From the IMG/VR virus record IMGVR_UViG_3300039452_000062, positions 1 through 46,626 of that record: DNA of 46,626 bases. One strand, written 5' to 3'. The notes beneath the pieces are model-generated. The model was not told where the DNA came from. It saw only the letters and a program-made list of their open reading frames with translations, and ran no database searches. Made by a program: the position numbers and the translations under genes. This document shows, piece by piece, positions 39,896-46,626 of this stretch. This DNA is from a virus. The first letter of the stretch is position 1, and each line of letters starts with the position of its first letter.

Positions 39896-40438
39896 GTTCC
39901 ACAATCATCTATTCCGTTACGCCGGGACAGCATCACGAAGAGCTGCGAACGCTGCGCAACTCATGGGGCAGCGCGCCAGTTGTGTGGGACTTCATGGCAA
40001 AGAATTATTGCCCGCCAAGTGCGCGATACTGGATGGCGGAAGCCGGGAAATCCGATGCGAATTTGTGGAAGACCGCCAATGATGACCGCGCGCCACAGTA
40101 TCAGCGCAACGTAATGCGCATGACATTTGATTTTGCACTTGGTCTATCGCAAGGACTTCGACCGCACCGCTGCTGATATCCGAGCATTCGTTGAAGATAT
40201 CGCACTAACCGATTACCAAGGCGTCAATCACTGGCCTGAAATCGCTGCGTTGTTCGAAAGCAACCCCGATGTTCCAGCCATCGGCTTTTGCTGGACGACG
40301 GTTTGCGAAGACCCATTCAACGGTAAATGGAACGAGGAAAAGGAGGACTACGACCCGTTTGATTGGTCCAAGGCATGGGACCTGTACGGCTACATTGATG
40401 AATTGTTGGCGGTGCCTGAGCGCACCAAGAAAGGATAG
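39892..40438 (+). CDS. hypothetical protein, reading frame broken at a T-run (two track ORFs 39892..40176 and 40127..40438)
   Basis: The second ORF starts only at a TTG without an SD and has no internal Met. Removing one T at 40131-40134 joins ..RMTFD to LHLVYRKDFDRTAADI... Confidence 0.5.
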
Positions 40439-40441
40439 GTA

Positions 40442-41326
40442 ATGGAAGCCGAACAAGAATTTACATTGGACCAAATTGTTGCTGGCCTGATGTACGACAC
40501 TGATACGCAGCAAAAGGAAGCTGCATGGAGATACGAATTAAACGAATACATTCGCAATGCGGTCAATGCAGCCCTGCAACCTGCGGGCACTGTGGTGGCG
40601 GAAGAGCGGGCGGAATTTGAAGCCAAGTTTCCGATCCCGCGTGACTGTTATCGTGGCCAAGAAGGCACAGATATCGAAGGACGATACGACAGCCGTTTTA
40701 ATAGCTGGGACTGCGATAACTACAATCGAATTTGGGAAGGTTGGCAAGCTCGCGCCGTCCTCGCATCCCAGCCAGCCAAGCCTGCGGAAGTGCCGCCAGC
40801 GATTTTGAATCGTACAGAAGAAATTCGGCTGGCTATGGCTAACCCCGTTGCCCTTAAACGAGACCAGCTTGTCAATTTTGTTGAGTGTTTGCTTGGACAC
40901 ATAGCTTTCACGAATGCGTCGGTCAAGCCTGCGGAAGTGGGCGGGGTGGTGGAATTGCTTCGTGAAGCGTTGGGCGTGGTAGAAGGTGTTCCAAGCGACT
41001 ACGGCGTAGCACTCGCCGAGCGAATCCGCGCCGCCATCGCAGCACAGACGGCAGCGCCAAAGGCTGTAGATGGGGCGAATGCCAAACTGATGGCTTTGCT
41101 GGGCATGAAAGAGAACGATGATACACACGACATTCTATCTCTGGCTGCGATTCGGATCGAGCGCTTGCAAGCCGCCCACCAACCAGCGGCAGAAGCCGAG
41201 CAGGCGGTGGATTTGAGCAAACTGGAAGTGGCCTACATCCTCAAGCAGAACGGCAAAGAACGCTGGGCCGTCTGGCTGGACGATGTCCAAGCCCTGCTCG
41301 CCGCTGGCGGGAAAGGAGGTACATGA
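40442..41326 (+). CDS. hypothetical protein (294 aa)
   Basis: ORF with SD AAAGGA. No motif was recognised. Confidence 0.6.
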   Translation: MEAEQEFTLDQIVAGLMYDTDTQQKEAAWRYELNEYIRNAVNAALQPAGTVVAEERAEFEAKFPIPRDCYRGQEGTDIEGRYDSRFNSWDCDNYNRIWEGWQARAVLASQPAKPAEVPPAILNRTEEIRLAMANPVALKRDQLVNFVECLLGHIAFTNASVKPAEVGGVVELLREALGVVEGVPSDYGVALAERIRAAIAAQTAAPKAVDGANAKLMALLGMKENDDTHDILSLAAIRIERLQAAHQPAAEAEQAVDLSKLEVAYILKQNGKERWAVWLDDVQALLAAGGKGGT

Positions 41327-41517
41327 TGAAGTATATTGTTGTTGGAATTCTAAATATTCTTTCAGGTCTATTTGTTGGATTTACTTTTACTATCTACATT
41401 GCTGGGATTGTTCTTGCAAAAGGAATCTGGTGGAAGTTGGCCTCCACCTTCTTAGTATTACCAGCATTTTATTTCTTTGCGGAAAGAATTATGCAAGTTA
41501 TGAAGTGGCTCCCATAA
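41323..41517 (+). CDS. small 2-TM membrane protein (64 aa)
   Basis: ATGA coupling with a strong SD GGAAAGGAGG. The coding sequence is AT-rich. Confidence 0.55.
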   Translation: MMKYIVVGILNILSGLFVGFTFTIYIAGIVLAKGIWWKLASTFLVLPAFYFFAERIMQVMKWLP

Positions 41518-41655
41518 GTCTGGCAGATTGCCCTTTTGACTTATAATATGACGTTAGACAAATATATTTAAGGAAGTCGATACAAAATTCAGGTTGATGT
41601 TTTACCAAAGCTAGCCAATAATTGATTGGCTTAATTTCTCTCTTTAAGGAAAATC

Positions 41656-41961
41656 ATGACCACTTTTACCGTTGTAATCGTTCTGGCTACCACTGCGCTG
41701 AATGTCCCGGCAACCTCCCCTGCTGAAGGTGTCACACTGGTTGAAATTCTGGATGCCTCGGGCGCTTCCATCGCCTCGCAGACCACCGGCTATCTGTTTT
41801 CCGGCATCGCCCAGGGCGACTACACCATGCGCGCTTCGCTGTTGGACGTGAATGGCGCGTTGATCGGTACGGCCTATACTCAGGCCTTTACGGCACACGA
41901 GGAAACCCGTACCGTGCAAGTGCCGAGTGGCGCAACCATTACCGTCACTCCTTCTGCATAA
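41656..41961 (+). CDS. hypothetical protein (101 aa), N-terminal hydrophobic segment
   Basis: SD AAGGAAA. The mature part is beta-rich. Confidence 0.5.
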   Translation: MTTFTVVIVLATTALNVPATSPAEGVTLVEILDASGASIASQTTGYLFSGIAQGDYTMRASLLDVNGALIGTAYTQAFTAHEETRTVQVPSGATITVTPSA

Positions 41962-42074
41962 TGAAGCTGCTTTGGTGGTTGCTGGCGCTGTTTGGCATCC
42001 GCCCATGGCGCTGTAAGCATCGAAAAGTGATGGTTCCAAGCGGGGCCATCATCAATGTCCAGCAAGAGCAATAA
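41961..42074 (+). CDS. 37-aa hydrophobic/basic ORF
   Basis: TAATG coupling. Product is MKLLWWLLALFGIRPWRCKHRKV.. The ORF ends at the terminator. Confidence 0.3.
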   Translation: MKLLWWLLALFGIRPWRCKHRKVMVPSGAIINVQQEQ

Positions 42075-42100
42075 GGCCCCAGATCGGGGCTTTATTTATT
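42075..42100 (+). terminator. intrinsic terminator at the convergent junction with the lysis genes
   Basis: GCCCC-agatc-GGGGC followed by TTTATTTATT. Confidence 0.6.
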
Positions 42101-42637
42101 TAGGCTATCCGCCTGTTCTTTTACTTTGTCGTAGGCGAGGATACAGGCATTGAGACGGTCGATTGCGGTGTTTTCGTTGCGCCGGAGGGATTCAAGATTT
42201 CCTGCAACTTCTGGGGCGAGGTCTTCTGTAATGCTGGCTCCGTCACCCACGATGGTAATTGTGGGATTTGTAGAGGCTGCGGCTTCATCAGTTCGATGTG
42301 CGATGAAGTCGGCGCGCAGGCGCTCAGTGCCAGCACGAAGGGCAGTTTCTTGAACCAGGGAAGCAGATTGCGCATTTTGTGACTCCGTTTGAAGCGTGGA
42401 GAGCTTGCCTTGCAGCTCAGTGATTTGGCCTTGAGCGCGCAGAACCTTAGCATCAGCGGCCAGCAAAGCGCTTGTGGCGGCTTTATCGCGCTGGTCTGCG
42501 TCTTTCTTCATACCTTCAACGATAAGCGCATGGCGGTACTCCAGTGCGGCTGCAATCGCTATTGCCGCAGCAGCCGCTACCATGCCAATCTTCAAAATAG
42601 GATCGGGAATGCCGGTCATGATTGAAATTGCACTCAT
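42092..42637 (-). CDS. i-spanin (Rz-like)
   Basis: 181 aa with N-terminal TM (KIGMVAAAAAIAIAAAL) followed by a coiled coil. It lies directly after the endolysin. Confidence 0.7.
   Translation of the reverse strand: MSAISIMTGIPDPILKIGMVAAAAAIAIAAALEYRHALIVEGMKKDADQRDKAATSALLAADAKVLRAQGQITELQGKLSTLQTESQNAQSASLVQETALRAGTERLRADFIAHRTDEAAASTNPTITIVGDGASITEDLAPEVAGNLESLRRNENTAIDRLNACILAYDKVKEQADSLNK
42121..42375 (-). CDS. o-spanin (Rz1-like), embedded in the i-spanin gene
   Basis: 84 aa from ATG 42375 in another frame. Signal MRNLLPWFKKLPFVLALSAC carries the lipobox LSAC. The mature part is Pro-rich. Confidence 0.7.
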   Translation of the reverse strand: MRNLLPWFKKLPFVLALSACAPTSSHIELMKPQPLQIPQLPSWVTEPALQKTSPQKLQEILNPSGATKTPQSTVSMPVSSPTTK

Positions 42638-42640
42638 GCC

Positions 42641-43099
42641 TTACCCCGCCACCATCATTGCGGCCAATCGATCAGCCCGTGCACCAACTTGTGAGGCCCA
42701 GCGCGATGCTTTCATGGCAGCCGCGGCCAGTGCATAATTCCCGGATTGAGCGGCGGCTAGCATATTCTTGAAGCCCATCAGACCAATCACGCCGAGATTG
42801 AAGGCCATATTCACAATGACGCGCTGACGTACTTCGGAGAGACTGCGCCACCAAGGAAGTTGCGCATCCAACTGAGCCATCTTGGAATTGATATCTTGCT
42901 CCAACAGGTATGCAGATTGATCCGCTGTAATGGTCTTCCCGCCACGCAGATCTATGCCAAATGGCGCAGGATTCGCGCCGCGCTTCGGGTCAATCAAATG
43001 GCCCACGCCGATGGTCCAGTAATCCTCAGTATCGATATAGGATGCCAGCTTCTCTCCTTCATCGTCACGAAGTTCCTTAACCATCAATGTCATGTCCAT
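42641..43099 (-). CDS. endolysin, T4-type lysozyme (GH24)
   Basis: 152 aa from ATG 43099 (SD AAGGA). LRDDEGEKLASYIDTEDYWTIGVGH matches the T4 lysozyme E11/D20/T26 region. Confidence 0.9.
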   Translation of the reverse strand: MDMTLMVKELRDDEGEKLASYIDTEDYWTIGVGHLIDPKRGANPAPFGIDLRGGKTITADQSAYLLEQDINSKMAQLDAQLPWWRSLSEVRQRVIVNMAFNLGVIGLMGFKNMLAAAQSGNYALAAAAMKASRWASQVGARADRLAAMMVAG

Positions 43100-43101
43100 T
43101 T

Positions 43102-43305
43102 TTATTCCTTCGGCTGCTGAGAAATCAGGCGGCAGATAATCCCGGCAGCGAAAACAGCGGCGGTAATCCCCGCCATCCATTGCGGCGGGATAGTTTCTTT
43201 GAGCTGCTCATACATGCTGGCATATCCAGCAGCCATCGCCGTACCAATTGCATTGGCCTGCACACTCAGCAGCTTATACGCCTTTTTCCATTCGTCAATC
43301 AGCAT
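43102..43305 (-). CDS. holin candidate (67 aa, 2 hydrophobic segments)
   Basis: Lies immediately upstream of the endolysin. TM segment is WMAGITAAVFAAGIICRLI and the C-terminus is charged. Confidence 0.55.
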   Translation of the reverse strand: MLIDEWKKAYKLLSVQANAIGTAMAAGYASMYEQLKETIPPQWMAGITAAVFAAGIICRLISQQPKE

Positions 43306-43615
43306 TTTTTTTCTCCACTTGTCGCAGGATCATGGTGAGCTTGTCGCTCAAGTGCTTTTCCAGGTCTGTGAGGCGCTGGTCAAACATGCCTTTGAGTTCC
43401 GCATAGCGCTCATTCGCAAGTCGATCCATGCGCTCCATGTCCTTTTCTCGCGCCTCTCTGGCCTCGCGAAGTTCGCTTTTCAGCTCAGCAATTTCACTTT
43501 TGTTCGCCTTATCATCAAGCCCACGCTCAACCCGTACGATATGCCGATTAAAAAAGAAACCGATTACAGCAGCCATAATGCCTCCGAGCCAATACGCAAA
43601 TTGATTTTCAGGCAT
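43295..43615 (-). CDS. membrane-anchored coiled-coil protein (106 aa), lysis-cassette associated
   Basis: N-terminal TM is YWLGGIMAAVIGFFF. The remainder is charged and helical. Confidence 0.5.
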   Translation of the reverse strand: MPENQFAYWLGGIMAAVIGFFFNRHIVRVERGLDDKANKSEIAELKSELREAREAREKDMERMDRLANERYAELKGMFDQRLTDLEKHLSDKLTMILRQVEKKNAD

Positions 43616-43982
43616 TTTTTAGGCACTTTCTTATTGGTTTTGAAAAGAGAGCGCATGCGATCAGTTCGGCATGCTCAGTTATTTTAACAAGAAAATGATA
43701 CGGGCTATCCAGTGGGTATCCGTTGAATTTATACCCTAAGTAATGAAAAGCGCAGAGCGACAAGGATAAGGCGACGATAGGCCGACTGGCCGCCGTATTA
43801 AGCGCCAGTGCGCAAGCCATAACAAAGACTTCCACCGCCGTACACCATGCATAAAAATTGTGGTCGGGAATCGGGACTGAAATCCCGAAGCCGACCACTG
43901 CGCACAGCATTGTCATCCTTCGATCACTGGCCGCGATATTAAGTGCGCCAGCGATCAGGAGAAGGATGAGATAGCTTGTCAT
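43608..43982 (-). CDS. multi-TM membrane protein (124 aa), second holin/antiholin candidate
   Basis: Three to four hydrophobic segments. ATGA coupling upstream. Confidence 0.5.
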   Translation of the reverse strand: MTSYLILLLIAGALNIAASDRRMTMLCAVVGFGISVPIPDHNFYAWCTAVEVFVMACALALNTAASRPIVALSLSLCAFHYLGYKFNGYPLDSPYHFLVKITEHAELIACALFSKPIRKCLKNA

Positions 43983-44416
43983 TTTCCATCTGGAGGCGGA
44001 GGCGGCGGATTACCATTGCCAGCATCCATCACCACAACGCCGCTAGTATTTGGCACTGGCCGCTGATAGGCCTTCGTCACGAAAGCTCCGAAGCTGCTAC
44101 TGGTGTATTCCTTGGAAAGATTCTGGAGCAGCAGCAGGCCGTTGACCAGCATGTTATCTACGAACTGGTAAGGGTCAACCGGAACCCCATTGGTTGCGCC
44201 ATCGAAGAATGCAACCCAATCGAAGCGGCGAGCGGCCTCACCCCAAATGCCAGCCGCACAAGCCGCATGGAACATCGCCCAGTCAATCGATTCTGCTGCC
44301 TCTCGCGGAATCGGATAGTAGACAATATCCAGCTTGCCGCGTTGACGGGTCACCATGCATTTGCCGCGCTCACGCGATTCCAGTGACGCTGAAGTTTTTT
44401 GATAAATATTATTCAT
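43979..44416 (-). CDS. hypothetical protein (145 aa), possible fibre assembly factor
   Basis: Lies downstream of the fibre genes. The C-terminus contains a poly-Pro stretch. Confidence 0.45.
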   Translation of the reverse strand: MNNIYQKTSASLESRERGKCMVTRQRGKLDIVYYPIPREAAESIDWAMFHAACAAGIWGEAARRFDWVAFFDGATNGVPVDPYQFVDNMLVNGLLLLQNLSKEYTSSSFGAFVTKAYQRPVPNTSGVVVMDAGNGNPPPPPPDGK

Positions 44417-44483
44417 AATTTAGTCATGTAATTGTGATGCTATGTATGTATCGCGAGCTAAAGCGCGCATTTTAAAATATTCA

Positions 44484-45230
44484 CTAACCAATCACTTCGA
44501 TACCTACGCAGCCATTACCGGCTGAGCCGCCCGAATTGGCCCCGCCACCGATACCGCCATTGCCCGCGCCGGAGCCGCCGGTAGCACCACCACCACCGCC
44601 CAGCCCGCCAGAACCACCAGCACCACCACCACTACCATATCCCCCATTCCCACCTGAGACACCGCCTTGGCCTGGGATAAGACCTAAGCCGAAACCGTCA
44701 ACTCCGCCATTGCCTCCTACATTGGAGGCACCTGTTTGGGTCCATCCGCCGCCACCTGCGCCTGACGATGCTTGTCCATCCCCGAAACGGTGGCCAGATG
44801 AGCCACCGCCTGCGGAGCCACTGGGATTGCCAGACCCTCCCCGGCTACTGACTAACCCACCGGAACCTACACCTCCCGAACCTCCATTCGCAGCGCCACC
44901 TGTCGCCGAGATAGCCCCGATGCTGGAAGTTCCTCCAGCGGATGCAGCGGTCCCTGCTGCCCCCACGGTGTAAGGAATGACGGAACCTGGAGTGACGGCC
45001 TGAACATCTTCTTCATAGCCGCCGCCACCGCCAGAACCGGAAGTGCCTGAAGCGCCACCGCCGACCACAAAACGGCGAATCCTCGTTACCCCCGCAGGTA
45101 CAGTGAAATTGCGGGTGCCGGGCTTCGAATCCAACAGCACAATTGAGGCCTTCATGGCCCCGTTGCCCTGCACCGTGACCATGCCCGGCGCTGCAACTGC
45201 CGCACTCGGAATAAAGTTACTGATGTTCAT
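44484..45230 (-). CDS. glycine-rich fibre-associated protein (248 aa)
   Basis: ATG 45230 in a TAATG overlap with the fibre stop. The N-terminal ~60 aa are ordinary (..FTVPAGVTRIRRFVVGGGASG..). The rest is more than 50 percent Gly. Confidence 0.65.
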   Translation of the reverse strand: MNISNFIPSAAVAAPGMVTVQGNGAMKASIVLLDSKPGTRNFTVPAGVTRIRRFVVGGGASGTSGSGGGGGYEEDVQAVTPGSVIPYTVGAAGTAASAGGTSSIGAISATGGAANGGSGGVGSGGLVSSRGGSGNPSGSAGGGSSGHRFGDGQASSGAGGGGWTQTGASNVGGNGGVDGFGLGLIPGQGGVSGGNGGYGSGGGAGGSGGLGGGGGATGGSGAGNGGIGGGANSGGSAGNGCVGIEVIG

Positions 45231-46474
45231 TAGGAAAGCTCCCAAGTATTATTTGCCGAATCCCATTCTGCGTAGAACTCAAGCCCCCTTTGGTTGCATG
45301 TCAGAGTTGTGGCGGAACCAAGTGGGGAGGAAAACGTGTTCCCATTCCCGTCGAGCGTGAATGAATTAGGTGTACCCCAATTCAGCTTGTTGTCTTTGAA
45401 TCCTAGTACCTGGCCATTTGATGGCACTGCTGGTACTTTGACGGTAAAAGCCCCACCGGCTGCGGTAGAAGGGTCGGGCGCATAAATGCCACTTCCCAGT
45501 ACTTGGCCATTGAAAGTAGCATTCAAGTAAGTGGGTGCAGCAGCCGCACCAGGCAAGCCGCCATCTTGTATCGAGCCTTGATTATCCGAAAATACAGCTA
45601 AATGCCCCGGAGTAATGCTGCCAGCACCAACTACAGCGGCCACTTTTCCTGTATTGCTGGAAGCATCAGCCAATGCGGCTGTGCCGAGTTCGGTAGCGGT
45701 CAGTTGGTAATAAGTTCCATCGTTGCGAACTGAAACCATATTTCCGGCCACCAGCTCGCCGCCAGTCAATGGAATTGGCCCAGTTGGGCTAGGCTTCCGC
45801 ACCGCAATAGCACCAGTACCACTTACATTGATTGTGGTTGCGCCTGTGTTAGTTGTGGCAACAACGAAAGCAAGTGCAGTCCCAGCGCCCGGCGTGACTG
45901 GGACAGCTGGAGTTAATACAATTGCGTTTGCTGTGCCGGTTGCAATTCCGCAATATGTCGCGCCATTGCTGACAGTAGATGCGAGCCATATAGCGGTCGA
46001 AGTAGTTCCAGTACCGATACAGACCCAAAAAATCTGGTCTGTGGTATCCCAAACTAATGATGGGGCGGAAGTACCAACGACAGCGGCATTGCCAGCCACA
46101 TGCCCATTTGGATTGCCAGCATATGTCTGGACTGCTGAAACACTGCCAAGTTTGTCCGATGGATTCTGGGCCAAGTTGGCGGCAGAGCCAGCCGTCCAGA
46201 GATTTGCTACCGGATCGCCAAAGGCATAAGCATGCGCTATGGTTCCTTCTTTGGCGCGCTGCACGGTGAGCGTATCGCCGGAAACAGCTGTGCACCACAT
46301 GATTTCGATGATGAGGCCGGAACCTTGGTCAACAGCGGTCAACGTAAAATATTGGCCTGCGGCTGGCGATGGGAATTTAGCGCCATCACCAGCAGTGACG
46401 GTCAGCGTAGTTTGACTATTTGTGATCGGGGCCGCCAGCTTTGACCCGGCGTTATTCCCAAAAATTTGGATCAT
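45230..46474 (-). CDS. tail fibre protein
   Basis: 414 aa after the gpI-position gene. The N-terminus ..LTVTAGDGAKFPSPAAGQYFTLTAVD...LTVQRAKEGTIAHAY is typical of fibre N-terminal domains. The remainder is Gly/Thr/Ala/Asn-rich. Confidence 0.75.
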   Translation of the reverse strand: MIQIFGNNAGSKLAAPITNSQTTLTVTAGDGAKFPSPAAGQYFTLTAVDQGSGLIIEIMWCTAVSGDTLTVQRAKEGTIAHAYAFGDPVANLWTAGSAANLAQNPSDKLGSVSAVQTYAGNPNGHVAGNAAVVGTSAPSLVWDTTDQIFWVCIGTGTTSTAIWLASTVSNGATYCGIATGTANAIVLTPAVPVTPGAGTALAFVVATTNTGATTINVSGTGAIAVRKPSPTGPIPLTGGELVAGNMVSVRNDGTYYQLTATELGTAALADASSNTGKVAAVVGAGSITPGHLAVFSDNQGSIQDGGLPGAAAAPTYLNATFNGQVLGSGIYAPDPSTAAGGAFTVKVPAVPSNGQVLGFKDNKLNWGTPNSFTLDGNGNTFSSPLGSATTLTCNQRGLEFYAEWDSANNTWELS

Positions 46475-46626
46475 GGGGCAATGCTCACATTGTATGAATA
46501 TTCGAAGGGCAATTCTACAACGCCAGCATTTATCGCCGCCTGCAAGATCGGCGCAAGCGTGGTATCAACATATTCGCGAATGATGAGCTTTATATCGTTC
46601 AGTTCCCATGTGTTGAACTGGCCGGT
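46471..46626 (-). CDS. 3-prime end of the gene also shown at 1..612 (duplicate representation across the junction)
   Basis: Same frame as 1..612 through the repeat. The stop is TGA at 46471-46473. Confidence 0.6.
   Translation of the reverse strand, partial: TGQFNTWELNDIKLIIREYVDTTLAPILQAAINAGVVELPFEYSYNVSIAP
46480..46626. repeat. terminal direct repeat, copy 2
   Basis: Identical to bases 1-147. Confidence 0.95.

Noticed and set aside
44536-44973. Pro-rich plus-strand ORF (PPPPxP...)
   Set aside because: It is the complement of GGN-rich codons of the minus-strand glycine-rich gene, which is translationally coupled to the fibre gene.
45230-46474. Diversity-generating retroelement targeting the fibre gene
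   Set aside because: No reverse transcriptase gene is present, and no template/variable repeat pair was seen anywhere in the window.

Overview
The window is one complete, circularly closed genome of a contractile-tailed dsDNA phage. The unique length is 46,479 bp; bases 1-147 are repeated at 46480-46626.

Late block: it lies on the minus strand from 20182 down to 1 and wraps to 46474->42092, with tightly coupled genes. In order: terL (frame-broken), portal, Mu-F-like head protein, a Nudix-scaffold fusion, capsid proteins, neck proteins, sheath, tube, a chaperone pair with a -1 slippery site, and a tape measure with a lytic transglycosylase domain. Then come a P2/Mu-like baseplate (interrupted by an AT-rich HNH-AP2 homing endonuclease), tail fibre, a Gly-rich fibre-associated protein, holin candidates, a T4-type lysozyme and embedded i/o-spanins.

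Early genes: they diverge from an ORF-free, highly structured region (33040-33900). That region carries tRNA-Met(CAU), tRNA-Thr(UGU) and two non-canonical tRNA-like modules.
- Leftward: HTH regulator, NinG, ParB-like protein, DUF1376-type replication initiator with internal iteron-like repeats, DnaC-like loader, terS.
- Rightward: Erf, YqaJ exonuclease, NinB and many small ORFs.

No integrase, CI-type repressor, CRISPR array, reverse transcriptase or rRNA was recognised.

Most unusual observations:
- (i) A plus-strand accessory cassette sits between terS and terL. It ends in a perfect 45-unit GGC-NNC hexamer tract encoding a (Gly-Tyr/Ser/Asp)n protein and is followed by a CxxC-repeat protein.
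- (ii) This cassette and a second one at 37038-38214 share near-identical promoter/leader and hairpin linkers around non-homologous ORFs.
- (iii) Three genes, possibly five, are broken by +1 frame changes at short homopolymers. Consensus errors are the most economical explanation and should be checked against reads.

All functional calls come from reading the translated ORFs by eye. No database search or folding program was run.
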